Assembly (NCBI GenBank): GCA_964535835.1
Contig: CAZHUZ010000001.1
Coordinates: forward strand, 53,800-110,966
Source: an uncultured Candidatus Saccharibacteria bacterium
GTDB taxonomy: Bacteria > Patescibacteriota > Saccharimonadia > Saccharimonadales > Saccharimonadaceae
Direction: 5' to 3'
Length of the DNA stretch: 57,167 nucleotides
The notes beneath the pieces are model-generated. The model ran no database searches. It worked only from the letters and a program-made list of their open reading frames with translations, and was not told where the DNA came from. A program made the translations under genes and the position numbers. Shown piece by piece: positions 46,848 to 56,442 of the stretch (the stretch's first letter is position 1; each line of letters begins with the position of its first letter).

Positions 46848-47882
46848 TTAAAACTGCCTCAAAAAATCTAATTTTGCACTTTCAAAATGTCGGACGTCTT
46901 CGATGCCTGATTTCATCATGACGAGTCGGTCGATACCACAGCCAAACGCAAATCCGGTATACACATTTGGATCAATACCTGCTGCCTTTAGTACATTTGG
47001 ATGAATCATGCCACAGCCAAGCAGTTCAATCTTGCCTTCGTGCGAACAAACAGTGCAGCCACGCGCATCACAAAACGGACAAGTCAACCCAAACTCAAAA
47101 CTTGGCTCGGTAAATGGGAAATAATATGGGTTTACATGTACGTCGAGCTTCTTGCCATAATATTCTTCGAGGAATTTTTGAAGAGTCGCTATTAGCATGC
47201 CAGCATGGACGCCCTTGTCGACATAGACGCCTTCAATTTGATAAAAGGTGTGTTCATGACGAGCATCGAGATCTTCGTTGCGAAATACGCGGTCAGGTAC
47301 GATTGCGGCAATTGGATCGCCATGTTTTAGATTGTCAGCGTATTTTTTAAGTATGCGATTTTGCATCGTGCTAGTATGTGCTGGTGCAATCAATTGGTCG
47401 CCGTCAGCATCGGTCTCGACGGTCATAAACGTATCGTAATCATCACGTGCCGGGTGACCTTTGGGAAAATTAAGCGTCTCAAACATATGATACTGGTCAT
47501 CAATCTCACGTGATTCTTCTGCCACAAATCCCATACGAGAAAAAATATCAATAACACGTGCTATTTCGGCCGACAGCGGATGGATAGATCCATTGCTCGT
47601 CGGTAGCAATGCAGGCTGCGAGGCGTTGATATCAAATGGCGCCGTCACGTCAATTGGTGCAAGCGTAATAGTTTCTACCGACGCCTCGGCTACTTTTTGT
47701 TTGAGTTCTTGGCTGAGTTGGTTGATTGACTGACCAAATTCTGCGCGTTCACTAGGATCAAGTTTGGGTATCTCCGAAAAGAGCATTTTTAGCTCGGGAG
47801 ATTTCAATATATCTGCTTTGTTCTCCAGCGTATCAAAACGCTGCAATAATTCATCGCGGACATGAGCGATTTTGTCATTCAT
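46848..47882 (-). CDS. pheS: phenylalanine--tRNA ligase alpha subunit
   Basis: Class II aaRS motifs (HPARD, FRNEDLDARHEHTFYQIEG, GFAFGCGIDRL). Start at ATG 47882. Confidence 0.95.
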   Translation of the reverse strand: MNDKIAHVRDELLQRFDTLENKADILKSPELKMLFSEIPKLDPSERAEFGQSINQLSQELKQKVAEASVETITLAPIDVTAPFDINASQPALLPTSNGSIHPLSAEIARVIDIFSRMGFVAEESREIDDQYHMFETLNFPKGHPARDDYDTFMTVETDADGDQLIAPAHTSTMQNRILKKYADNLKHGDPIAAIVPDRVFRNEDLDARHEHTFYQIEGVYVDKGVHAGMLIATLQKFLEEYYGKKLDVHVNPYYFPFTEPSFEFGLTCPFCDARGCTVCSHEGKIELLGCGMIHPNVLKAAGIDPNVYTGFAFGCGIDRLVMMKSGIEDVRHFESAKLDFLRQF

Positions 47883-47895
47883 ACTGCGTACTATT

Positions 47896-48120
47896 CTACC
47901 GTGATAATAAGAGGTACGCAACGCCTAAGAATATCAGCATGCCAACGATCGCAACTATAGCACCGAGATTTTGCGAAATATGCGTTCCTTCTTCGATTGT
48001 ATTTTCGGTTTTTTCGTACTGGATCGGTGGTCCATCGGTCCGCATTTTTTCTTGTAATTCAGCAGCGATGCGTTCTTGAAATTCTGAGCGTGGTGATTCT
48101 TTGCGTATAAATAATGCCAT
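47896..48120 (-). CDS. hypothetical C-terminally anchored small protein
   Basis: 74 aa with ATG start and a single C-terminal TM helix. Lies 13 nt upstream of pheS. Confidence 0.4.
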   Translation of the reverse strand: MALFIRKESPRSEFQERIAAELQEKMRTDGPPIQYEKTENTIEEGTHISQNLGAIVAIVGMLIFLGVAYLLLSR

Positions 48121-48135
48121 GTTGCTATAGTAGAT

Positions 48136-48160
48136 GGTAAATAGTAAATGGTAAATAGTA
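48136..48160. repeat. tandem GGTAAATAGTAAAT / GGTAAATAGTA motif in a divergent promoter region
   Basis: Direct repeat read from the sequence. The 12-mer GGTAAATAGTAA recurs in inverted orientation at 8500-8511. Confidence 0.6.
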
Positions 48161-48202
48161 TGTGCTATACTTCATGCATAAAGTATAAGGGAGTTATGCC
48201 AT

Positions 48203-49129
48203 ATGGCCACCAAAGCCAAGACAACGTCAAAAGCACGAACAGCTAAGACACGACCCGCGGCTGCAAAAGCTGCAAAAACAACTACCAAAAAAACGACAGT
48301 CGTCAAAACTGCACCAGTCGCAGCAGTTCGACCTGTCACACGACAAAAAACATACCGACTATCAAACGACTTGTCTGGTGCACAAGTTATCGGTGAAATG
48401 GTTGGAACATTTCTGTTTGTCTCGCTTATCATGGCGAGCGGCGGCAATCCATTTTTGATCGGTATCGCACTCATCGGTTTGGTTGCAGCATTCTTTAGTA
48501 TCTCGGGTGCACATCTCAATCCTGCAATCACCTTTGGTCTATGGACGATGCGCAAAGTTTCAGCAACAAAAATGCTGTTTTACCTAATGGCGCAATTTGT
48601 TGGTGCCATCCTCGCTGTATTTGCTGTATCAGCATTTGCTGGTACAAGCCCAAGCATTTCACTATCAAGTTTCTTCCAGTGGGATTGGCGCATAGTGTTT
48701 GCTGAGCTCCTTGGTATGGCAGTATTTATGTTCATGGTAGCAGCTGCTGCAGAACGAGCTCAGACCGACAACTCAAAAGCCGTTACGATCGGTCTCGGCC
48801 TCTTTGTCGCATTGGTTATCTCAACCAGCCTGCTCCAACAAGCAATCTCAACTGAGAACACTAAATTCACAGCTGAGCAACAAAAAGAATCGTCAAAAGA
48901 CATCAGTACTCCACGCATCTTGAAGGTTGGTGGAACTATACTCAACCCTGCTGCTGCGTTTAGCCAGACTGAGACTGAGAGCCAGAACTCTGCGCTCGGA
49001 ACTCAAGAGAAATCAACCGGTGCAAGCCGCCTCACTATCGAAACCATCCTCGGCGCATTTGCCGGAGCTGCAATCGGTGGCTGGCTCTATCTTCTCCTTG
49101 CACGCAACACCGAAGAGGGTCGTCTCTAA
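48203..49129 (+). CDS. MIP/aquaporin-family channel with Lys/Ala/Thr-rich N-terminal extension
   Basis: Two NPA boxes (SGAHLNPAITFG and GGTILNPAAAFS). The first 50 or so residues, KAKTTSKARTAKTRPAAAKAAKTTTKKTTVVK, are low-complexity and basic. Confidence 0.8.
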   Translation: MATKAKTTSKARTAKTRPAAAKAAKTTTKKTTVVKTAPVAAVRPVTRQKTYRLSNDLSGAQVIGEMVGTFLFVSLIMASGGNPFLIGIALIGLVAAFFSISGAHLNPAITFGLWTMRKVSATKMLFYLMAQFVGAILAVFAVSAFAGTSPSISLSSFFQWDWRIVFAELLGMAVFMFMVAAAAERAQTDNSKAVTIGLGLFVALVISTSLLQQAISTENTKFTAEQQKESSKDISTPRILKVGGTILNPAAAFSQTETESQNSALGTQEKSTGASRLTIETILGAFAGAAIGGWLYLLLARNTEEGRL

Positions 49130-49146
49130 ATATAACGATCTCGATC

Positions 49147-49180
49147 AAAATAACCCCCGCAAATCAGCGGGGGTTATTTT
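49147..49180. terminator. bidirectional intrinsic terminator between the MIP gene (+) and rmuC (-)
   Basis: 14-bp perfect stem AAAATAACCCCCGC / GCGGGGGTTATTTT with a 6-nt loop. A/T runs give a U-tract on both strands. Confidence 0.8.
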
Positions 49181-49195
49181 ATCTATATGAAATAC

Positions 49196-50266
49196 TTAAT
49201 CTTCATCTTGTGGACGGTCGAGTAATAGCGGCTCAACACTCGGCGATGTATCAGCAATCTTGACGACGTCTCGATCCATGCGCGACAGACTCTTGTGTGC
49301 ATTGTTGAAATGACCAACTGACGTACCGAGGCTATTGCCGAGTTTTTGCATATAGGTATCATGAGCCTGAATATGTTTGCCGAGCTCTGCCACACGTTTT
49401 TGAATGTCACGTGCCTGCTCCTCGATCTGCAAACTCTTGAGTCCTTGCATAACCGTTTGCAGATAGGCTAGCAAAGTTGTCGGACTAACGATGATGACTT
49501 TTTTATCGATAAACGCGTACTCGATAAGATCACGAGCATTCGTGCCGGTTGCACCGACATTGTTTACGAGCAAATCATAATAGATTGCCTCCGACGGGAT
49601 AAACATAAATGCATAGTCAAGCGTGTTTTCTGCCGGACGAATATATTTACTGGTTTCATCGATACGATTTTTGAGATCAGTTTTAAATGCTTTGGCATGA
49701 ATATCGCGCTGCGTTTTGTCTTTTTCTTCGATTAGACGATTGTAATTTTCGAGTGAAAATTTACTATCGATCGGGATCATACGTCCTTTATCAAGTTTGA
49801 TGACTGCATCGACTATCTCGCCGTCTTTGAATTTATATTGCATTTCGTAGACGTGAGGCGGTAAGACATTTCCGAGTACGGTATCAAGGTAATATTCACC
49901 GAGACCACCGCGCTGTTTTGGGTTTTGCAGCACATTTTGCAGTGTTTTGAGCTCGCTCGTCACATCCATAACGCGACGGTTCGTTTCATCTAACCGTGCC
50001 AGCTTTTGAGTGACATCTGCAATCAGTTTGGCACTCTCGCTGAGTTGTTTTTGCATACTCCCCTGCATGAGCGCTTGGGATTTATCGAGTCGATCACTCA
50101 CGGTCGACTGTAGATTATCTTTGAGTGCCTCGACGGTTCGACCAAGCTCCGTAATATCTTGTTTGATGAAGAGTGATGAATCTTGTGGCTTGGAGCGCAT
50201 AAGCAATACAATGATGACGACCATCATAACAACGACAAGAATGATAAGTATAAGAGTAATGTCCAT
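49196..50266 (-). CDS. rmuC: DNA recombination protein RmuC
   Basis: N-terminal TM helix, long coiled-coil, and a C-terminal nuclease-like region (YAFMFIPSEAIYYD, VIIVSPTTLLAYL) typical of RmuC. Confidence 0.8.
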   Translation of the reverse strand: MDITLILIILVVVMMVVIIVLLMRSKPQDSSLFIKQDITELGRTVEALKDNLQSTVSDRLDKSQALMQGSMQKQLSESAKLIADVTQKLARLDETNRRVMDVTSELKTLQNVLQNPKQRGGLGEYYLDTVLGNVLPPHVYEMQYKFKDGEIVDAVIKLDKGRMIPIDSKFSLENYNRLIEEKDKTQRDIHAKAFKTDLKNRIDETSKYIRPAENTLDYAFMFIPSEAIYYDLLVNNVGATGTNARDLIEYAFIDKKVIIVSPTTLLAYLQTVMQGLKSLQIEEQARDIQKRVAELGKHIQAHDTYMQKLGNSLGTSVGHFNNAHKSLSRMDRDVVKIADTSPSVEPLLLDRPQDED

Positions 50267-50299
50267 GATCCTAGTATAGCCTACCGGCCATACTATCGC

Positions 50300-50773
50300 C
50301 TACCAAGCGGCGAGGAGCAATCGAGCAGCAACAACCGATATGATTGTCAGAATAAGTGCGACTGGGAAAAATAGTAAACGATTGACCCATGCGTAGTACA
50401 TATAGGCGAGACCAAATAATACAGCTGCGTATAGCGTACCAAGCCACCACGACATATCACCAACCCAGACATGAAATCCCCACAATGTCGCGATAACAGC
50501 CAGAATGACGAGGAGTGGTCGCATAATAACCGATCGTATAAGAGCGATAAGCCCCAAGAAATGTGCGACAATGAGCGCGATCACAACGGCAGTGATCGTG
50601 ACATAACCACAAGCTGAATTGTTGCCACCACACATGATGGGAGTGAGTACGTATTTTTCAAGTCCAAGCGCCAGAAGCCATGTCAGCGCTCCACTAACAA
50701 AACCTGTCAAAAAAGTCTGTACGAGAGCTACAGGCACAAATGTCTGGTATTCAATATATCGTCGGTAATCCAT
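50300..50773 (-). CDS. hypothetical 4-TM membrane protein
   Basis: 157 aa, hydrophobic, ATG start. Confidence 0.45.
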   Translation of the reverse strand: MDYRRYIEYQTFVPVALVQTFLTGFVSGALTWLLALGLEKYVLTPIMCGGNNSACGYVTITAVVIALIVAHFLGLIALIRSVIMRPLLVILAVIATLWGFHVWVGDMSWWLGTLYAAVLFGLAYMYYAWVNRLLFFPVALILTIISVVAARLLLAAW

Positions 50774-50841
50774 GAATGTCCTTTATTTATGCGAATTATA
50801 CATGATAATTGTATTTTATGCAAATTGCTGAAACGATTATG

Positions 50842-51306
50842 CTAACTCTGTGTCTTAATTTTTTGGTACCAAATACTTCCTGATAGCCCCGCGATAATAC
50901 CTCCTATAATATCAATAGGGGTATGTACTAACGCCACAACACGAGCGACACACATAACTATGACGGTAAATGACAATAAAATTGCAACTCGTTTGTTTCG
51001 AGTAATAAACCACACTGCCGCAACTATTACCACTGCCAACAATGCATGATCCGAAGGAAAACCTGGGTTGTCGATATATGCAGCACCAGCCGCTACACCT
51101 CTTTCTATAAATGGTCGCTCAACCGACGGTTGATAGAGCAAACTCATTATTTTACCGACGAGCAGAGACGTCAGCCCAGCCATAATTAATTGAGGCAATA
51201 ATCTAAAGAATTGCTTTGGGGAACTACGCATATAATTGAGAACCATGATAGCGGCGACGATAATAATAACCACAAGTGTGCCATCAGCAAGAAATCTAGT
51301 GAGCAT
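50842..51306 (-). CDS. PAP2-family phosphatase
   Basis: PAP2 motifs ERPF, PSDHA and RVVALVHTPIDIIGG. The start could be 51306 or 51324, overlapping the upstream gene end. Confidence 0.65.
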   Translation of the reverse strand: MLTRFLADGTLVVIIIVAAIMVLNYMRSSPKQFFRLLPQLIMAGLTSLLVGKIMSLLYQPSVERPFIERGVAAGAAYIDNPGFPSDHALLAVVIVAAVWFITRNKRVAILLSFTVIVMCVARVVALVHTPIDIIGGIIAGLSGSIWYQKIKTQS

Positions 51307-52354
51307 GATGTGCTGTGCCTCCATTCTCTTTTTTCATTGTGATAATTGAACTCGCGATAGATGCACCTACAATTATCAGCCCTGCGACGCCAGCGATTGC
51401 TTCGGGGATTTCTATAAACAACCCACTCAGTAGTACAAGCGCTAATATACCGATAGTATAGTGTGCGCCATGCTCTAAGTAGCGATAAGCCTTTAGCGTT
51501 TGTCGGCGAACCATAAATACGGTCAGACTCCTCACCCACAATGCACCGACACCCAGTCCAATTGCTATCAATATAACATCATTGGTAACAGCAAATGCCC
51601 CGATAACTCCATCGAAGCTAAAACTACCATCAAGTACTTGTAGGTAGAGAAATGACATAAATCCCGCAAGCATAGGATAACGACTGGGCTTGTCGGTTTC
51701 CTCTTGAGTGACAGTAAATATATCGTTTAGTTTTTGCAGCCCTAGGCTCACAATTATTCCGACCGAACCTGCCATGAGAGTATCATTTGGATGATGATTC
51801 CATGGCATGACATATAGCAATAACAAGACAACTACCGCTATCGATGTATAGATCCACCATTTGCCCATGCGCTGCAACGGTCTCTCAATAATATTTATCC
51901 AACGGACTTCACGTCGAGGGTCGAAGAAAAAGCTAAAACATAGCATCAGCAAAAACATCCCACCAAACGACGCGATCATTGGATGTGCATGATGTAGTTC
52001 CTCGGCATAGCGTACAGGATCATTGAGGGCAAGATTGATAACATCGCTCGCTGATAATCCTGCGGTCAGCATAACCAAGATGATTGGAAATACTAATCTC
52101 ATACCAAAAACAGCGATAATCATACCGACAGTCAGAAACATCGTTTGCCAAAATCGACTCATCGTCGCCAAGATTCGCGCATTTATGATCGCGTTGTCAA
52201 AACTAAATGTTATCTCAACAAGCATCAAAACTATCGCTACAAACATCGCCGACAAACCCAAGTAAACACCTACTAATACAAGTGATGATATCGTGATAAG
52301 TGCCGATATAAAGAAGATTCTAAATGGATGATGAGGATGTATCAAATGTTTCAT
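51296..52354 (-). CDS. DUF475 (TerC-related) integral membrane protein
   Basis: Duplicated SFDNAI / SFSFDGVIGAFAVTND motifs. Start at ATG 52354. Confidence 0.7.
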   Translation of the reverse strand: MKHLIHPHHPFRIFFISALITISSLVLVGVYLGLSAMFVAIVLMLVEITFSFDNAIINARILATMSRFWQTMFLTVGMIIAVFGMRLVFPIILVMLTAGLSASDVINLALNDPVRYAEELHHAHPMIASFGGMFLLMLCFSFFFDPRREVRWINIIERPLQRMGKWWIYTSIAVVVLLLLYVMPWNHHPNDTLMAGSVGIIVSLGLQKLNDIFTVTQEETDKPSRYPMLAGFMSFLYLQVLDGSFSFDGVIGAFAVTNDVILIAIGLGVGALWVRSLTVFMVRRQTLKAYRYLEHGAHYTIGILALVLLSGLFIEIPEAIAGVAGLIIVGASIASSIITMKKENGGTAHHAH

Positions 52355-52366
52355 TGTCACTTGTTA

Positions 52367-52768
52367 TTATATCTTATTATCTTTACGATCTTTGTTTCGA
52401 ATCATTTGCCATGGCCATCTCCCCTCAATCTCCATCTGAAACTCGATGCTCAAAAATGCCCGAACAAGTACTATAATCGCCAGCACTAGTACTGAGTCCA
52501 AACTGAGATCACCACCAACAGAACGGATAATATCTCCGGCCACTAAAAATTCTAGCCCAATTAATATACTGCGTGCGAGATTCCAACGATAATCATTGTA
52601 AAGCCCGTCATAATTATGGCCACTAAAAAATTTTACGGCCGCATGAAATGTCGCAATGATCGCGCCAGCCAAAATGACAATGATGCCGACAAAATCCAAG
52701 AATAACCCTATGTTTTGTGCAAAATCTTGAAAATTAAATAATGAGTACCCAATTGCTATGTCTTGCAT
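52367..52768 (-). CDS. DUF1622 membrane protein
   Basis: 133 aa. LARSILIGLEFLVAGDIIRS is characteristic of DUF1622. Confidence 0.65.
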   Translation of the reverse strand: MQDIAIGYSLFNFQDFAQNIGLFLDFVGIIVILAGAIIATFHAAVKFFSGHNYDGLYNDYRWNLARSILIGLEFLVAGDIIRSVGGDLSLDSVLVLAIIVLVRAFLSIEFQMEIEGRWPWQMIRNKDRKDNKI

Positions 52769-52769
52769 G

Positions 52770-54155
52770 TCATGCTTGTCCTGTTCCCATGGCGTAAAAT
52801 AATACGGCAGCAGCTATCGCCATGATGATAAATGCTCCCCATATACCTATGTTTGACCATAGTGTGTTTTTGTACTCACCCATAATCTCACGATTATTGC
52901 CAATACGTGCAATCATGAAGAGCAACGGTACGGCTGCAACCCCATTGACAACCGCAGTAAATATCAATGCTTTTATCGGATCAATTCCGACGAAGTTAAT
53001 TGATAACCCAATGAGCGTTGCGATGATAATTACTAGATAAAATCCAATTGCACGATGGAACTTCCTCCATAATCCTTCGCGCCAACCGAGCGATTCTGAT
53101 ATCGCATATGAAGCTGAGCCTGCAAGTACGGGTACGGCAAGCAGCCCGAGTCCTATGATTCCTATAGAAAAGATTATTTTGGCCAGTAAACCAGCATTTG
53201 GAAAGCCACTGACAAGTGGTTCAAGCGCCTTTGCCGCATCAGATGCGCTATTGATTGATGTGATACCATTTGAAAACAGCACGGATGCACATACGATAAC
53301 GATAAACCAAGCTGTGACACTCGCCAATGTCATACCAGTGAAATTGTCGATACGCAACCGATGCAGGAAATGCTTTGTCGCGACTGGATCTTTGCCGATT
53401 TTTGTCACATTGTGTTTTTTGATCTCCTCCTCAACAACTTCCGAAGTATCCCAAAAAAACAAATAGGGCGAAATTGTCGTACCTAATATACCGACAAATA
53501 TATAAATTGTTGCAAAATCAAGCTTTGGCACTGTCGCAAATGTCGCCTTAAATATATCACCCCACGGCTGACCTATGACAAACGCTGTCACCGGATAAGC
53601 GAGCAGAGCAATTGCCAGCCATTTGAGTAATTTTGCATAGATGCGATAAGGGACGCCGACTTCTAGCATTGCAACACCTATCGCAAACCCAATTGCTAGC
53701 AGCTCAAACGGTATATCGACAAACAATTGCATTGTTGCTGCCATCGCCCCAATATCAGACCCAATATTTATTGTGTTTGCAATGACAACCAGCGCAACGG
53801 CAGTATAGAGCATTGGTTTGCTGTAATGTTCTTTGAGATTTGCCGCAAGTCCCTTGCCTGTTATAGCGCCTATGCGGGCACATGACTCCTGTACGGCTAA
53901 CAGTAGTGGATACATGAGAGGAAATGCCCACAGCAATCCGTGACCATGTGCTGCGCCAACTTGTGAATAGGTAGCGATACCAGAGGGATCATCATCGGCC
54001 GCACCTGTAACAAGGCCGGGGCCCAAAATATGCAAAAAACGGCTGTACCGTTTGTGATTGACAGCTGATTTCGCCAGTGCTATTGCTTGGCGTTCGGCAT
54101 GATTAATTTTTTTCTTGAAAGGCCAGAATTTCATGATATTGGTTATGGTTATCAT
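52770..54155 (-). CDS. NRAMP-family divalent metal cation transporter
   Basis: GPGLVTGAADDDPSGIATYSQ motif and about 11 TM helices. The start is ambiguous (54155 or 54134). The longer track ORF would overlap corA. Confidence 0.85.
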   Translation of the reverse strand: MITITNIMKFWPFKKKINHAERQAIALAKSAVNHKRYSRFLHILGPGLVTGAADDDPSGIATYSQVGAAHGHGLLWAFPLMYPLLLAVQESCARIGAITGKGLAANLKEHYSKPMLYTAVALVVIANTINIGSDIGAMAATMQLFVDIPFELLAIGFAIGVAMLEVGVPYRIYAKLLKWLAIALLAYPVTAFVIGQPWGDIFKATFATVPKLDFATIYIFVGILGTTISPYLFFWDTSEVVEEEIKKHNVTKIGKDPVATKHFLHRLRIDNFTGMTLASVTAWFIVIVCASVLFSNGITSINSASDAAKALEPLVSGFPNAGLLAKIIFSIGIIGLGLLAVPVLAGSASYAISESLGWREGLWRKFHRAIGFYLVIIIATLIGLSINFVGIDPIKALIFTAVVNGVAAVPLLFMIARIGNNREIMGEYKNTLWSNIGIWGAFIIMAIAAAVLFYAMGTGQA

Positions 54156-54196
54156 CACTATAGCATATGACCTATCATGTCTGATACTATTAGGGT

Positions 54197-55114
54197 ATGC
54201 TTCACTATCTGTCGTCGACGACTTCCCAGCAAAAGTTAAAAACAACCTCATCGACCAAAAACAGCAAATGGATCAGGTGCGAGAAACCTGATGAATCAGA
54301 AACTGCTGAATTAGTAGCACTCGGTCTGGATGCAGATCTCATCGCTGACGCTCTCGATCCACACGAGGTACCGCGTATTGAGCAAAGTGACGGGGTGTTA
54401 TATTTTATCACGCGCGTCCCAGATGTTGGTGATGCATTTAATAGTTTTACGACGCCTATTATGTTTGCTCTGACCGATGACTATATCATAACTCTCAGCC
54501 GTGACTCCCTCGGGAGGTTATGGCAGCCATTTATTGATTCACAGCAAATCACCAGTAGACACCAGCAATTACTTTTGCTGATGCTCGACATGATATCACA
54601 ACAATATTATTCACGCGTTGCAGCGATCAATCGTCAAACTCGTGCGGCGACATCTGACCTCGGATCACTGAGCTCTCGCGATATCGCGACACTGGTCGAG
54701 TATGAGCGCAAACTCAATGATTATCTCGATGCGCTCATACCAGCGAATACTGCAACAGAAAAGTTATTATCCGGTAAGTATTTACGCCTAACCGAAGATG
54801 ACCGCGACCTCGTCGAGGACTTATCAATTGATCTCGAACAGGTTATCGTCCGCTGCAAAAGTCTCTTGCGTACCATCACAAATGTACGCGATAGCTACCG
54901 AGCAGTGATGGACTCTCAGTTAAATGAAACAATCCGCCTGCTCACCGTCATCACACTCGCCGTCACCATACCGACAATGGTCTCAGGCCTCTTTGGCATG
55001 AATGTCAATTTACCACCTGAAGTCCAATCGCCCCTCACATTTTGGGCAATCGCCGCTATAAGTGTCATGATTAGCCTCAGCCTAGTCTACTATTTCCTAC
55101 GAAAACGGTCATAG
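54197..55114 (+). CDS. corA: CorA-family magnesium/cobalt transporter
   Basis: C-terminal two TM helices with the GMN signature (GLFGMNVNLP). Confidence 0.8.
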   Translation: MLHYLSSTTSQQKLKTTSSTKNSKWIRCEKPDESETAELVALGLDADLIADALDPHEVPRIEQSDGVLYFITRVPDVGDAFNSFTTPIMFALTDDYIITLSRDSLGRLWQPFIDSQQITSRHQQLLLLMLDMISQQYYSRVAAINRQTRAATSDLGSLSSRDIATLVEYERKLNDYLDALIPANTATEKLLSGKYLRLTEDDRDLVEDLSIDLEQVIVRCKSLLRTITNVRDSYRAVMDSQLNETIRLLTVITLAVTIPTMVSGLFGMNVNLPPEVQSPLTFWAIAAISVMISLSLVYYFLRKRS

Positions 55115-55158
55115 CGTTTTGGCAAGAAGTACTCAATCGATTACAATAATGAGTCGAT

Positions 55159-56088
55159 ATGAATGATATAGCGATAGTATTTCTAAACGAAATAAAGGAT
55201 TTCCTCTCTACTCCAAACTCAATGCGCTCGTTGTTGATATTATTGTTATCTATCCTCGTAGCATACTGGCTCAGTAAATACATCTCTCGCGGGATAATTC
55301 GTCTTGCGCAGTTTATTGCGGTACGCTCAGATACTACTACCGATGAAGACAAACGGGTTTTGCTACGACGCGTTGAGACGTATCTCAGTATTGGGATTGC
55401 CATAGTGCGTGCACTTATCGTCGGCATTGTCGCATTTTATACGTGGCAATTGCTCAGTCCAGGCGTCAATCTATCCGCTGCTACTATCGGTGCAAGCGCA
55501 TTTTTTGTAGTGATTGCAGGTGCAACTGTTGGAATGATTTTACGTGACCTCACAGCTGGCGCAACGATGATCGCAGAGCGCTGGTTTCATGTCGGAGACT
55601 TTATACGTGTCGAACCGTTTACTGACGTTGGCGGGGTTGTAGAGCGCATGACACTACGATCTACAAAGCTACGTAGTCTTAATGGTGAGGTGATATGGCT
55701 ACACAATCAACATATTCAGGGAGTCAAAGTCACCCCACGTGGTCTCCGCCGCTTGGCAATTGACATCTTTGCCAACAATGAAAAGGTTGGCAGAAATTTG
55801 ATTGAAAAAGTAATTGCGGCGATGCCTGTCGGCACACTCAAACTTGCAACCAAACCAGAAATCGTTGCATGCGAGAAATGGGGTGAGAAATTATGGCATT
55901 TTGTTGTTATAGGTGAAACTACTCCAGGCCGAGAGTGGTTGATGGACACCTATTTCCTCAGCTCGCTCGAAGAAGTCGATGCTCGCCGCAAAGGACCAAC
56001 TACCTTTGTTCGTAAACCGATAGCTCGTTACTCTGACGAACGAGCAGAACGCAGTTTTAGACGAGCGGTACGATTACAAAAGAAATAG
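55159..56088 (+). CDS. mechanosensitive ion channel (MscS family)
   Basis: Three TM helices, then a beta-domain motif GDFIRVEP...GGVVERMTLRSTKLRSLNGEVIWLHNQHI. Confidence 0.8.
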   Translation: MNDIAIVFLNEIKDFLSTPNSMRSLLILLLSILVAYWLSKYISRGIIRLAQFIAVRSDTTTDEDKRVLLRRVETYLSIGIAIVRALIVGIVAFYTWQLLSPGVNLSAATIGASAFFVVIAGATVGMILRDLTAGATMIAERWFHVGDFIRVEPFTDVGGVVERMTLRSTKLRSLNGEVIWLHNQHIQGVKVTPRGLRRLAIDIFANNEKVGRNLIEKVIAAMPVGTLKLATKPEIVACEKWGEKLWHFVVIGETTPGREWLMDTYFLSSLEEVDARRKGPTTFVRKPIARYSDERAERSFRRAVRLQKK

Positions 56089-56196
56089 AGCTTTGTTATG
56101 GCGTTAGAGTAAGGATTTGCTTTTTAACGTTCAATCTCCAAAGTACCTCAGAACAAAGAATTTTGTTCCTTCGAATTCCTATCGCAGAGTCAAAAA

Positions 56197-56232
56197 GAAA
56201 ATAACCTAGATCAAAAGACCTAGGTTATTTTC
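56197..56232 (+). terminator. candidate intrinsic terminator after the MscS gene
   Basis: 13-bp stem GAAAATAACCTAG / CTAGGTTATTTTC with a 10-nt loop. The T-run lies within and at the end of the 3' arm. Confidence 0.55.
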
Positions 56233-56304
56233 TATGGCTCGCCTGTACGCCTTTGCCCGAACCTATTTTGCGACCAAGCGCGAGAAATGAGATTTTCGGC
56301 GGGT

Positions 56305-56359
56305 CGCCCCCGACCCGACCCGCCGAAAAGAAGGAGCCTTGAAGCGGAAGGTGTCAATA
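56305..56359. repeat. left copy of a perfect inverted repeat of at least 55 bp (contains a GC-rich hairpin at 56293-56329)
   Basis: CGCCCCCGACCCGACCCGCCGAAAAGAAGGAGCCTTGAAGCGGAAGGTGTCAATA equals the reverse complement of 57113-57167. Confidence 0.95.
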
Positions 56360-56442
56360 ATTCCATTCTTAAATCTCATGTCTTTATAGATTGCCCCGTT
56401 AGCCTATACTCAAGATAGGGTGGCTAATGCTCACAGGGTAGT

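Noticed and set aside
56293-56329. The GC-rich hairpin inside the inverted repeat as a rho-independent terminator, and the TTGACA at 57115-57120 as a -35 box.
   Set aside because: On both strands the stem is preceded by T-runs and followed by A-runs, the opposite of terminator polarity. No TATAAT-like -10 sits 16-18 nt downstream of the TTGACA.
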